DNA of 64,000 bases. It comes from Spongospora subterranea f. sp. subterranea (Eukaryota). Of this stretch, positions 36,681 to 50,377 are shown piece by piece. The DNA lies in assembly GCA_049724395.1 (NCBI GenBank), contig JAUGWO010000138.1:1-64000 (forward strand), given 5' to 3'. Position 1 is the stretch's first letter, and each line of letters starts with the position of its first letter. The notes beneath the pieces were generated by a model, which had not been told where the DNA came from, made no database searches, and was given only the letters and a program-made list of their open reading frames with translations. The position numbers and the translations under genes are program-made.

Positions 36681-38817
36681 GTAAAAAGAAGGCAAATGGC
36701 ACCACGGAGAAGTGCCAATAGGCATCATTTTGCCTAAAACACAGTCCAGAAGTTGGTAAAATCCCATTCTTTATTGTATTGATCCTCCAGTGAAACCCCA
36801 GTGTTTGAGACCAAGAAAAACTCAAGACGCCGTTTTGCTAAACCCTACCTCGAGAGCCCAATTAGCACGGAAGTGACAAAATTTATGAAAGGCAGACTGT
36901 CCTTGGGACGGTACCATGGTAATTTTTATCATACCAACAATGCAATCAAACGCGCCGCGCAATCCTATATGTTTTATTCCTTCTCCCGAAGGGACATCCT
37001 CACCTTTACTTATTGTTTTGAACGTCATGGTCCTAGGTAGATTCTAGACGATAACAGCTGCTCCAGGGCGACACAACGTTCTGTCCGCGCCGCCACCCAG
37101 TGATTGTCGTTTCAGCCAACGTCCCCAGGTTCGTAATCACAACTTCTGTACAGTCTACATCGATCAGGGGTCACTGTATCGTCAACTGTACATCTGATTC
37201 CTTGAGCTAGTGGGAGCAACGTTGCTGAGTTGGACAGGTCCGGAAACGTTTAATGTCATGCATCATCAGTCACGCTCTTATCCAACGTGATTTACTAACG
37301 GCGCGTAATTGCGCGTTTCAATTCATTGTTTAATGAACCGGTTTCATAAGCTTAGCTGCTCTCTGACATCACATCGATAAATCTCACTAACCTGTGGAAA
37401 TGCACTAATGCTTGGTTTGACGTTGTTTCTTCCTGTGGGTCATTGCAGACTGCAGCTCTTTTGATTTGCAGGTCATCCAAGACTGTTAGCTTAACAGGAA
37501 ATACATCAGAAGACTAATTTCAACATCCTGGAACAACACGTATGGCTCCCAGTCTGGATGATAGGGAAGTCATGGAGCGTCCGTGTTGCTCTAGAATATT
37601 CAAGTTTGGATCTTCTGTTGTGTTTCCTATAAGATCAAGTTTTACATTAAATGGCTTGGTATAAACAAAATAGGTATTTGCCTTTCCGCATAGTTTGTTT
37701 TTGATATCTTTGTCCTGCACTCGCCTTCGCGGTCAGCAGGTACTGTACTACAAATCTTTGATCATAAAGAGCATGTTCAGGATGAGCGATTCGTTTGTCA
37801 GTCTCTCTTTGGATCACCCAATTACGTCTGCCAGAAATTCCGAAGTGTAGGATAAGTGAGCAACATTTCCGCGAATCGGCAACTAAATTTTTTTCGCCGA
37901 CATTTCATCGGCGTAGTCGGGTTAGGCAGGGTCCGGCTGATGGATTACGATTCCCCAATCTGACTCAAGATATTTGTCACTTGCACAAAAAAGACTATAA
38001 TCCGATGCTCCAACACGATGGCGCCAATGAAGGGAAAAGGCGTTTGCTATAAGAAGAGATTTTTACTCAATGCCGGGAGTCACTAAGTTCGATAAGCAAT
38101 AAAGCAGCAATGTTCTATAAAACAATAGTTTATAACAACATCCACTAGGAATGTGATGCTTGAATTTATCACAATGAACTGGAACAATGGTCATTATGAT
38201 GATGAAAGCATTTTTTAATATTGCAGTCGACATGGACAGAATATAACAATGGTATGTGCATATCCTTATCATGATTCTGCTGTACAGCAAACCGATGTCG
38301 TCCATGTACAAGAAAATACTGAAGCTACTCAAATGAAACAATCTGAAGCCAACAATAAATACAAAATGTAAAGAGCGAATTTGATCAGCGGTGAAGCAGA
38401 TACAAGCATACACTGACAGCAAATACAGAGCGATGCCGACCTAAACATATCATCATATATAACATTGGTATTGTCAGTTGATACAGCAAAACTCCAAGAA
38501 TCAGTTGTCCATTCGTAGCTAACGAACTTCCGAACAGTCAAAAAACGTGGATAGTGATTCGGGAACCCATCATTACTCAATGATAGATTACAGCATCGCC
38601 AAATCACGTCCTAAATGATGACTGTGTGTGTAGTTTTGAGTTTTGACTATGCGAAGGGTTCTCGCAAACGCCGCCCAGTGACTGAAACGTCCGCAGTCCG
38701 GACAACAGCAACATTATTAGGGATCCTGTGTGATATATTACGGGGGGCTGCCCAGCAATGCGAATTCTAATGTTTTGATTGAATTAATCGATCATGTTTT
38801 CGACGGAATGTTGATAT

Positions 38818-39297
38818 TTAGTTACAAGACAATTTTGATTCCAAGGGGAAGCAATAGCGATACAAAGAAGATATATACGGCAATATATCGTTCATAAACA
38901 AACGATATGATCGTGAGATGAAGAATAAGGGTAGAATCACAGTTAACAACCATACCGTCACGATTTGAAGGATGGCGAACCCGAATAATATGACGACCGG
39001 TAATAGGACAAACCCCAATACGGAGAATGCGATCAACGACAGCAGGAAATGCTGGCGAAGCATCTTCAGGAAATATGTTATTGACGGGCGACGGCCTGCC
39101 CTTGGTGATGGATTGTTGATCTTGCGAACATGCTCTGATAATATCTCTGACCGCTGCCTGGCTCGTTCCACCACCGGCTCATGCGAATAAACCCGCTTTG
39201 CTTGACTTGGCTGTGCACCCTCGCCCTGGTATTCTACCTGCTGTGGTGCCTTCATGGAATCCGTTGTGATTGTAAGCGCCGTTGGAACTATGAACAT
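38818..39297 (-). CDS. Hypothetical membrane protein with a ~43-aa continuous hydrophobic stretch
   Basis: Intact 159-aa ORF. FLLSLIAFSVLGFVLLPVVILFGFAILQIVTVWLLTVILPLFFI lacks charged residues. Confidence 0.6.
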   Translation of the reverse strand: MFIVPTALTITTDSMKAPQQVEYQGEGAQPSQAKRVYSHEPVVERARQRSEILSEHVRKINNPSPRAGRRPSITYFLKMLRQHFLLSLIAFSVLGFVLLPVVILFGFAILQIVTVWLLTVILPLFFISRSYRLFMNDILPYISSLYRYCFPLESKLSCN

Positions 39298-39525
39298 GAG
39301 TCACCACTAGTCAGAGGCATATATTTATATATCAACAGATTCTGGTCAGGCTCAATGCCAGAAGTTATCTCGAATGGTCAACTCTCAGTCGTAGCGACCG
39401 GACATCACTGGTCTCAATCAACAATATTACTGAAAAATATCAAATATTATCTGAACTGTACGCTGATCTAACACGGATGGTCAGCCATACTGCATTTTTG
39501 TGGCATCAGAATTGTTCTAGAATTG

Positions 39526-41966
39526 TCAACCCTTGCGCACGAGGATCACAGGAGTGGTCCAGAACCAGAAGAGATAAATAAATGCGAATGATACAAACAG
39601 AGGTGGAGAATGGAGGGATTTTAATGGACATCTAACAGTTCGACGTTTTCGAGAAAAAAATAATTGTCTGAGTGAGATTTGAGGCTGACTTCCATGCATG
39701 ATCGCGCGTTGATTAAAGGCAAGATGGTCACGATAATCATATCTGAGAGTCCCAGAATCAGTTCCACGTCCTGTACCAACTGCTGAAAACAGTTGAATGT
39801 GATGGTCAAGCCCACTCGTAGCAACACATGACAAGCCCAGCGTTGGATGTACACGAACGCAATTTAGCCCTTTTCGACGTCAGAAGGATTAACTTTCGGG
39901 ACATTGGACGACATACCCATGTTTTCTGCACCTCCTTCATCGATTGTATTTACGATGACACCACTACCGGCTTCATAAACCCACACTGCATTATACATCA
40001 GCCACATCCAAAAACGTGACATAGAGTCATGTACCAATGCCATCATCGCTGGCGCAACCGACCAAATCCTGGACCGGAGTCATTCAAGGTTGGAGATCTA
40101 AAAACCAATCCTTACACTACTGAGAAATGTTGCTTCTTTGATGCCAGTTTCAAGGTTGGCATGGCCAACGAGACGGGTTTCATAATCAGTTGTGTTGCAA
40201 CTTTCTCGGCAAACTGTTCTTTGCGGCATATTTAAACGTTCACAGGCTACGTTATACTGCTCTCTGAGTTGAGCAGCACGCACATCATGTCCGACATCCT
40301 CCAAGCAATTTACTAATTGCTTCACTGCACATGAATCGTCATCCTCCCTGCGCCATGATGCTTTGATTCGTACAAACACAACAAGAATCAAATGGTCATA
40401 CGTCGAGTGTAGCACTGCTCGTTCGGCATCCCTTACAGCCGCATGAATATCGCCTAACCATCCGCGCTTCTGCAGAGCAGCTGATCTACGAATCAACAGG
40501 GAACGGGAAAGGGTGCTGGTGATATCAGGCCATGATAACGCTGATGAATATAGACGAACTGCTTGATCCCACCGACAATGGATCATCCTAATACAGTCGG
40601 GTTATTGAATGAAATGCTACACGCTGACCATACTCTTCATTCCCCAATTCATAGAATTCGGTGGCATTGTTCTTTTTTGATTGACGATTGGTTATTGTGG
40701 TCACATTCGTGTTATCTGAGTCTTTCAAAGGTTGGCAAAAACACGGAAGAAACGCAACATGTATACCTGAATTAACACCGACATTGAATACGTATGCGTG
40801 GTCTCCATTGTAATTCACAACAACTTGACGACCACATGGACTGAAGCTAATGTGCCTATCAACTGAAGACTTTCGAAAGAAGATACTACCATACCTCGCA
40901 TACGTAACGAACGGCTTATGGCTGCAATGTTTAAAATGAGAAGGCAAAAATTGCTGCACCGGTTTAGAACCACCAATTTCAGTGTTTCCGATAGACTTCA
41001 AAGATAACATTCTGCGGTCGAACAACCTGCCAGCGACATCACTTCCTGTCAACTACAGTGTCCATTGTAGCATTCATATATTCAATCCAATGCAGAAGCA
41101 TACCATAACGTTGGAATCGACAGGAGATACAGATATCGAGGAGAATCCCCAGTTTATCGGGTCACTCCCTCGACCATCAATCAAAATGTTTGAAGTTGTA
41201 CAGTCGGCTCCAGTGTCACACCGACAAGTAGTTGGACAGCGAAGATCCCATTGGCGAACGGTAGCATCCTATAAAACAAATCAGTGTTAACGTTGAAAAA
41301 AAAGGCGACAATTCTACCTCGGAGGCAGACCAAAAAACATCCGATGGCCGATCGGGAGACTGTTCAATCTCCATTACAGAATCGTTGTGACAAAAAAATT
41401 TTAGTCGAGCATCGGGAGAACCAGCAGAGCTGACACACACACCGCCATCTTTGGCTCCAGTTGCTGCGAAAAGTTAGTTCCAGGAAACTGCAAAAGGTTG
41501 CGCATACCAAATCGCGCGAGTTCTTTGTCGCAATTCAAAAAACGAATTCCAAAAATATTGGATTGATGCGGCTGGACAAAACTGATTTTCCATAGCTAAA
41601 CCAAGCAGATACGGATTTACCGTGGGTATCACTTGACGCCGTTTTAACTGATGATCGCTGTCGAGCGTCCATACGCGGATGGTGCAATCGTCAGATACGG
41701 AACCCAGAGCTAAACCCCCGTCGGGGCTCCAGCAAATTCTATTGACACAGCCTATGGATGTCAGATACATAACGTTCTGCAATTTTGCAAGAATGTGTAC
41801 CTGTGTGATGATGATTGATGCGATCCTGCACGGAAACCGGTACTGGCCTCAATCGGAACAGTAACGCTCTATGGGAACGAAGGAGACGCGCCGACCGCTG
41901 AGGACTATAGGTCGACGAACACAGGTTGTCTGCACGATGCATCAAATCATGACGATTTGCGTTCAT
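39526..41966 (-). CDS. WDTC1: WD40 and TPR repeat protein (WDTC1/DCAF-like), multi-exon
   Basis: GCVNRICWSPDG..SVSDD, FWSASE|DATVRQWDLR, TPR segments GNEEY and RSAALQKRGWLGD..AVRDAERA, GHANLETGIKEATF, VATSGLD. The 3' end is approximate. Confidence 0.85.
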
Positions 41967-42601
41967 GACGTCGATTATGGGGTTTGGCTTAAGCTATAGC
42001 AGTATAATGCAGTCATGACAGAAGTGCGCAGTAAAACAGACGACTTGCGTGTGATGTTGCATCAGAGGCCGCTGCGCCGTCAATTGGGGACCACTGGCCC
42101 CATCGTTGACGCGGAATCCCTTCTTGTACTACAGTACACACATTACGAACATTCATCACTTTCCACTCGTCTGCACCGAGCAACCAGTGGTCCCCTGAAA
42201 ACCTAATTCCATTAGGCTAATTTCGTCGGTCGCAATTGCGGTTTTTCGATCCCTATTGGGTTTATTCATAGTATCTGATGTAGGTTCAAAACCCTTTATT
42301 CACAGGATTTGCATTCGTACAGTCTAATCTGTGTACAATGAATTTTTCTTGCACTAAAATCAGTATTGGGGATATTCTGAATGCACTTGCTTCGTGCGTT
42401 GAACCATATCGTACGGTTTTGATTACGCAGCGTTTGGCCGTTTTCGTTGTCTCCGTGTAGAATCTAAATGCTTTTATTCATAACAACTGCATGGAATCGA
42501 GCTGAATTTTTGATCTGCAGCTAAAATTTCCAGTGACACAATTGAAACACTTTTGCAATTTTCAACAAAGTTTAACAATATATTCAGGCATCTTTCGCAG
42601 A

Positions 42602-43636
42602 TCATGACCGGTTATTAGCATTGCGCAATAAAGCTTGTAATAAGGCGTCAACTCCAATGTCATCGCCTACAGGAAGGCCGAGCTGGCGTAGAAGAGTCTG
42701 CCCCTGGCCGCTGTTGATGGCAGCTGTAAGCCTTTGTAGAGTCTGTTGCAGCTGAGGACTTCGGAGTTGCGAGTACAGAGCTTCTCGTGTCCGTTCACCC
42801 TGGAACACACATTCAGAATTGTGCAGCCAGGTGGTACAGCTGGTCGGTACCTCTGGAAGGTCGGGTAAAACAGCAGATACCAGGTCTGGATCGGATTGTA
42901 GAAGAGGGATCACACGGTCGGGATTCAAAACCTCGGCCAAGTTTTGTACTGGAGCTCTAGTCGCAGCCTGAGCGGGAGCATTTCCAGTTAGCAATGCCAA
43001 TAGCTGCGACTGATCTAAACCGCCGCTGGTTGGCTGATTCGGACGGTTAACGGAACTGGAATCTAATCAGGTAAATTACTTTCAGGGCATTCAACTCTGT
43101 TGATAACAAGAAATACTTTGAGTTCCAGCGGCGCGGTTGAGATGAGATCGGAATTTCTCAATGAGCGCCGCATCGTTTTCAACCTTTGGCTCCTGGAGCC
43201 AATAAAAGTGTTTTCGTGATGGATCCGAGGGAAAGTTAACGAAAATGACCCGCCCTTTAGTTCAGCGAACTGAATAAATTGAAATAATCAGAGAAAACGG
43301 TTTCCAAAGTATACCATCGGTGCATTCAGGAATGATCTCGATTGTAGCTTCGCCCGGCATCACAATGTAATCTTCTTGCACGTCATCTGAATTTCTCAGT
43401 TTCCATTGGAAGTGTAGCAAACCATCCCGTTCTGATCACTATATCTTAGACGAGATCCTAGTGGCATCGTGATACTGTTTACCAATGAGAACCAGTTTCC
43501 CCTTTCTGCTGTCAGCAGTAATCGTGCTCCCTTGCTGAGTCAAGATGCCCGCTCGGCATGACACCAGTCCTTCATTGGAAGATGCACCGGGATTTTGGGT
43601 ACCAGCAAGAAGCGATTGAAGTTGTTCCAGCTCCAT
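42602..43636 (-). CDS. RPN13: Proteasomal ubiquitin receptor Rpn13/ADRM1, multi-exon
   Basis: Pru domain (LVSCRAG..TADSRKGKL, GLLHFQWK, HFYWLQEP) and C-terminal LRSPQLQQTLQRLTAAINSGQ. Confidence 0.92.
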
Positions 43637-45342
43637 TTTGCTTTCAAGATTTCACAACAGAAATGCTGAGAGCGGATCTGGTCTGGAGAAAAAGAATTCT
43701 GAGACCGAAGGAGTGATTAAGTAAAGTGCGGATGACGGGATCAGGGCCACGCCACAGTCAATACAAGTTACAGACAAAAAATACACCATGGAGGCTGCGC
43801 TACCAAACGACCTGGTTTGTTCCTCAACGTCGACAAATACCCGTCGAAATTCACTGAGCTGTTTTGCTCAATGGTGGCGACATTGGGCACGGTCTTCCTT
43901 GCCTTGATCTAGACAATGTGATTTTTTTCTATATCGATTTGGATTTCGGGTTTTTTCAGAACGACCGACGTTCCATTGCTTTGAACATCTGATGCATCGT
44001 GGAGTTTACTGCATCATGCGTCGGCAATGAAAAGGGATCGTTCGCAGGGCAAGATAGTCCAACCGACTGTCCGAGCGCGATGAGAAAAACGGTGGCTTTC
44101 CAATACACATGTTGCCAAGGTTCCTTGATACTGTCGAGTGCGATGCTGCAATGTAGGGATTGCGATGAACACCAAAGGCACGTCGCCATCGCTTTGGCTA
44201 ATACATGCATCTCAAGCTGATGATGAAGACTCATATGGGACTATTACGATTTTGTGCAAATTCAAGAGCGATTTGCAATTCATAGTCTCTAGATCTAACG
44301 GGTGGGTAGGTAAAGAGTACGAGGTCAATGCAGCATTTTTCCATAATCAGTGCCATCAGACTTTATTATATTTACAGATTGGTAGGCCAGATTGATGTTC
44401 AAGATGTTGATCTTTAGTCGGTGTCGCCGACCTTTGAGAAATAAGCAACGATCAATGAAATCATCCTTTCCGACATGTCACTTTCTCGACTTAGCGATGA
44501 TTTCGGAATTCGAAGTTTAACTCAAATTTGAAATTCTTCGATTTGATTTTCAGCAATAAGTATGAAACCTGTCTTCTCTCTCACAAATGTCGAGCATTTC
44601 AAGACTCGTATTGTAGACATCCGGATCAACGATTCACGAGACGCATCACGAAACTCAAGAGCTACGTGCATACAAGTTTCCAATACCCTGGGTCACGTGG
44701 ACGACTCAAGCTTGCCCAATAACTAGTCGAAAATAAGAATGAACGAGATATCCCGTCTAATGGTCGTGTCCGGTGGCCATTCAAATAATACAGATATCAT
44801 ACCCTAAGTATGATCATAAGTGCAGAACTTAGATGCTGGGTCGGGTCTGCTGGTACTGATCTTTGTTTTTTCTGGCAATTTCGCGGTTCTTTGACTGCTT
44901 CGGATGCGATCTCGGGAAGAGCAATGGGAGCTGATAAGTCAGATAGCAAAACACATCAACCCACATGCAAGACCATTTGAAGAGCTGTTTAGCGCAACTC
45001 TGAATTGGTTCAATGTGGCGACGTCTGAGCCTCCATGTCAGAAAGTTGAAGTCCAAACGTGACAAAACACAGCAACAGGCATTAAAGGCACACAAGACGA
45101 GTAAAATGGTGCCATGTGGCAACTGTTGGCCTGTCTGCCCAGTAGTAATCCACATATTTTTGACTGCGGGGGGGATTTGGCTTGGCATTTCACGCGCTGT
45201 TGACACGTTGAGGTTAGCTCGTTGGCCAGTACGCGACAGTATCCAAAGTGCGCCGCGGACTTTCCAAAAGGCCGATCGCCATTTTAGTGGTTGTCGATTG
45301 TCATCCACTTGTGTATTTTGTGTCCTTGTACATTTCGTGCCC

Positions 45343-45810
45343 ATGTTTCTGGGGCGGGACGTCCGGCAGCAGCAGCAAGACCAGGCACCACAGAAAGCCG
45401 CTGGGATGATGATCCCTGAATGCAGGAGGAATCAGATCATCGCCGCGCGCAATCGATTATCGGTTTCGGTTCCGGCGTACAGACACATTCCATCGCCGCC
45501 GGCGTCGAAACCTGTTCGTCCCGGGTGCTCGCCACCGCATCTTCGAATACCAGAGCCATCGTCGGAGCTGTCCAGCTGCTGTCTATCTAGGTCTATGACC
45601 AATCTCACCAGCGGTTCACTACCTGTCGCCCTAAACCTCCTAGATCTACAAGATTCTCACACGCCGGATCCGAGAGATTCGTCATCCACTATTATATCGC
45701 AGCTCCGTATGCATCTACAGATATCAAGTCCGAGGGAGTCTAGGCCGGAGACGCCCATCGGCGACCAGACGTTCGTCTTCGATTTCGAGCCTGACACCGC
45801 CTCTATATAG
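45343..45810 (+). CDS. Hypothetical Ser/Pro-rich protein
   Basis: ATG-started 155-aa segment of a longer open frame with low-complexity S/P content. No family recognised. Confidence 0.35.
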   Translation: MFLGRDVRQQQQDQAPQKAAGMMIPECRRNQIIAARNRLSVSVPAYRHIPSPPASKPVRPGCSPPHLRIPEPSSELSSCCLSRSMTNLTSGSLPVALNLLDLQDSHTPDPRDSSSTIISQLRMHLQISSPRESRPETPIGDQTFVFDFEPDTASI

Positions 45811-48191
45811 CGATTGCTTCCGCATGGCGTGTTCCGTTTCGAAATGCTAGACTTACACATGTACATTTCACTAAATCAGGATACCCATAATATGCTAAGT
45901 GTTCCATCTTGCTGTCACATATTTGGTTCCATCCGGCGACGCTCCCTCAATTTCGTTCTCGATTGTGACTCATCTGCAGTTGACCATCTCCAGAATTTGC
46001 AGCACGCAGGTAATGCACATGATGTTCTGAGCCCAGGGTTTCGGGCTCCAAATGTTATAAATTGTACCGTTGCATTAAGCTATATTGGTGTTGTTCCCGG
46101 CTACCTGTGTGCCTAGATTAGACATTTCAGATAATCATGGAGTGAAAGGCGTTGCCCGAATCTGACTCGTGAGCTCAAACCAAATTCAACGCCTTATTAA
46201 TTCGATTCCTACAGTAGTTATCGTACGAACTCAAATCCTTCCCTACTGGGATCCACGACCCCCAATTCGTCGTCTTTTTATCTTATAATTGTTTGCCAAG
46301 GTGGGTTCAATGTTTTTCAACGTTTGCATATATGAGGTCAACCCTGAAGGAGCTCATGGCCCCACTGTGGAACTGGTAAATTCATGGTCCTGGTGTGGTC
46401 GGATTCGGTATCACGAACCTCATTTGATTGTACCCATTTGAACACCCGACCTTTACAGGATCACGTTTAGAATTGAAAAAACAAAATCCACTTTCCTCAT
46501 TATTCGGCTGAACATATCTCCGTGGGTTTTCCCATTTCCGTCATTGTCAGTCCCGCTATGCTGTTTATGGAGACATTCGAAAGAGTTCGTCGTAAGCCGA
46601 ACGCATTGAGGGAGAGCTGTAGAGTCGCGTCTTTGGCGCCATGGGCAATGGCAGCTCGAAGTATGACCTTAACGTTGACATAAGATTGACCCGATGCGAA
46701 ATCGGAAAAGGAACATTTGGCCAGGCGGGAAGGGCGATAGCGTTGGTTGTGCAACCTCGAACTACAGCTGCTGAAGGTGGTGAGTGTGGTGATACGCAGG
46801 ACAGCATAAAACTTTCGGTTCCCCTTCATTCCTCGCTTCATGTTGGCCCTCATCACAAATATATGATGAATTTCTTGTTTTCACCGATCGATGTCCACAA
46901 GTGCGATGAGCGCCCACTCGAGTGCACCATCAGATATTCTAACCTGCTTCGCTTACGGATTCATCAAATATGCCGAGGAGACTGCAAAGAACGTATTCCT
47001 GAAGTTACTAGAGCAAGGACGATTTGAAGAGACAACGACAACTAACATCGGAATACAATCCTCTTCGGACATTATCAATACCGAATATCATCGCATAATC
47101 TTTGATGATATCATCCTCATAGAACATGCACTTCACGAGACGAGTCTTTTCGATCGACAGCAGCCGATGGAGCTGTATCCACGCTCTCTCACTTCCCTGA
47201 ACGTCTTGGTAAAAGAGATTCGTCCCTGGTCCCGAAAACGAAATCATCCGGCGACGCAACATCGTTGAGTTAATGAACCAGACGTGGACCACAGTGTTAA
47301 TACGGCGTGGAACGTGCAGGTGGAGTGATCAAGACGTCCTCTGGACGAACTACTACTACAGTAGCTTATTGTTCACGGGCTGAAGTTAGGAAGCTTGCAA
47401 TGTCTCTCACGGCAGCACATCCGGGAAATGGTTTTGCTAATTGGAGTTGATTTTCTTTTTCGGCGTCCAAAGTTCCCCAAACTTTGACACAATCGTGATC
47501 CGGTTGCCTTAATTATAAACAGGAAACACGTATGGGATCAGCATGAATCCGTCCCAGACAATATGGATATATAATAAGGTAAGGATAAAAAAGAATGAGG
47601 ATGATATATGGTCCATTCCTGTTGTTATCTGTGGATCAGTACGAGCACAGCACTGTGCAAAACTACAATTATTCATCAGGATATTAACCTGTCAACTGCC
47701 TGATAGATCTGATATCGATCTGGTCTCTCAATGGATGAAAGAGCGAGTATGCAACCAAGGCCATCGCAACTGCAATCACATCCATGATATTTTCAAATGT
47801 ATTATATTCCATCTGATGTCAAATACTTCACAAACAAAAACGCCATGTCAGAGCCATTTTAGACCAACGATGAGTCGCTATCTTGGCTCAGTCATCTGAA
47901 TCTCACGTTTCATCAGGCCGCTCTCGGATGGACTGCGATGACTTCACAATTGTACACTGTCGTGTATGGTGATCTCACGCACCTCACTAATCGTGGCATG
48001 TCGGGGTTAAGGTAGGCCCGGACTGCGCAGCACCTCCCGTTGCCATTGGATGTACCCACATTGGTAGAGTACCAACTGTAGATCCACAACTCTAAAGCTC
48101 GCGCTCGGATCCAGAACATCGCTGGTTGACGCCGGGCGTGTTGATCGCGACCGTGTCAATTTGTGGTTTGGCAAAGATTTGACTCGGCCTG

Positions 48192-50340
48192 ATGTCGTCC
48201 CTGGATAACCTCATCCCGGTTATCAACAAACTCCAGGATGTATTTTCGGCAACAGGGTCTTCCCCCATTGACTTGCCTCAAATTGTCGTAATCGGCTCAC
48301 AATCGTCTGGTAAATCGTCCGTGCTTGAGAATGTTGTTGGCCGAGATTTCCTGCCGAGAGGCAGTGGAATTGTGACTCGTCGTCCATTGATTTTACAACT
48401 CGTAAATACAAGCAATGACATATCTGTTCCTGGTAGAGAATCTGAAACCTCAAGAATGGGGAGAGTTCCTTCATACTAAGGATATGAAGTTTACATCATT
48501 TGACAAGATGCGGGCCGAAATTATTGCCGAAACCGATCGTCTAACAGGGACCAACAAAGGGATTAGTGACGCCAGCATTAATCTCAAAGTTTTCTCCCCT
48601 AGGTTTCTCAATTTAACTTTAGTCGATCTTCCTGGAATCACCAAGGTTCCCGTTGGAGATCAGCCATCAGACATTGAAGCTCAAATCAAGAACATGATTA
48701 TGCGATTTATATCGAACCCTCGAGCTATCATCCTAGCGGTGACCGCGGCCAACACCGATCTGGCGAATTCTGATGCACTGAAGTTGGCAAGAGAAGTGGA
48801 TCCCGAATGCAACAGGACCATCGGAGTGATAACTAAGGTGGATTTGATGGATCGCGGCACGAACGCTCTTGATGCTCTTCTAGGCAAAGTCATTCCTTTG
48901 AAGCTTGGGTTTATCGGGGTTATCAATAGGAGTCAGGAAGATATCAACAACAATACGTCCATTGATTCCGCCCTAAGTGCTGAGATGAAATTCTTTCAAG
49001 CGCATCCAGCTTATCGCGCCATCGCTTCACGTTTGGGCACGAGCTATCTTACCAAGACACTAAACTCGATTTTAATCAACCATATCAGAGAGTGCCTACC
49101 TGAACTTCGCCATAAGATTCATACAATGCTGCAAGAGGCCCAAGCTGAAATGTATGGTTATGGCGAGCCAATCTATCAAACCAAATCGGGCCAGGGTGCG
49201 CTTCTCCTTAACCTTCTCAGCAAGTTTTCCAACGCTTACATTGATGCTATTGATGGTAAATCGGACGACGTATCTTGCGCTGAACTATACGGTGGCGCCC
49301 GCATCTCCTATATATTCCATCATTCGTTCGACCGGGGTTTGAAGAGTATTCATCCATTCGATGGCCTTGACGATCAAGACATACGTACTGCAATCAGGAA
49401 CGCCACCGGGCCGAGGCCCTCGCTTTTCGTTCCTGAAGTCTCTTTTGAATTGCTAGTCAAACGGCAGATAATGCGGCTTGAAGATCCTTCCATCCAATGC
49501 GTCGATCTAGCGTTCAGGGAATTACTCAGAGTTGCCGAACAATGTGAGTCTGCTACGACAGAACTAGTCCGGTTCCAGTCTCTTCGTGAGCGTATTCAAG
49601 TCGTTGTACACGATCTTCTCAGGAGGTGTCTAAAGCCAACCAAAGACATGATAAAAAATCTGGTCAATTGCGAGCTCTCCTATGTCAATACGAATCACCC
49701 AGACTTTATTGGTGGAAGTCAAGCCGTTTCGGACACAATGGATTTTATTCAGAAATCGAAACTTTCCGAGAAAGAGAACGATGATCGAAAGGCAGTGAAT
49801 GTACCTGAACCCAAACCCAAGCCAGGGGCAAAGTCAGCGGAATCGGACGGCGGTGGTGGTGTGTTTGGCTTTTTCCGAAAAGACAGCAAATCTAACTCTG
49901 GCGCTTCTTCCGGACCCCAGTCTTCGTCGTTGATGGAATCTCTGGATGAGGTTCCTCGGTCCATACCAACTACTGATGAGCCTACAGATCGCGAACATAT
50001 CGAGACACAGATTATCAGTGAGTGCCCAATCTGATATTTCGATAGTCCACCACTAATTGTCTTGTCAGAATCGCTGATTTCTTCCTATTTCAACATCGTT
50101 CGTACCAATGTTCAAGATATTGTACCCAAGTCTATTATGTGCTTTCTGGTGCGTCGATCGCAGTCGGATTTGCAATCGGAGCTCGTCAGTATTCTTTACA
50201 AAGAGGAGCTGTTTACCGAGCTTTTGGAGGAAAACCCCGATATCGCCTTAAAGCGGGAGTCATGTTCGGAGCTATTAACCGTTCTTCGGCGAGCGATGGA
50301 GATTATCAACGAAGTTCGCGACTTCAGCGTCCACAAATAG
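48192..50340 (+). CDS. Dynamin-related GTPase (Drp1/Dnm1/Vps1-like)
   Basis: [29 protein letters not shown], middle domain and GED. Intron 50018-50068. Frame change near 48402-48438. Confidence 0.97.
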
Positions 50341-50377
50341 CATTGAATTGTGTCGAGTATAATAAAGGTTCCTGTAT

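Noticed and set aside
46641..47268. Protein kinase (MGNGSSK myristoylation-like start, IGKGTFGQ loop)
   Set aside because: No VAIK, HRD or DFG motifs follow in any frame I read. It may be a decayed or unknown gene but I cannot support a call.
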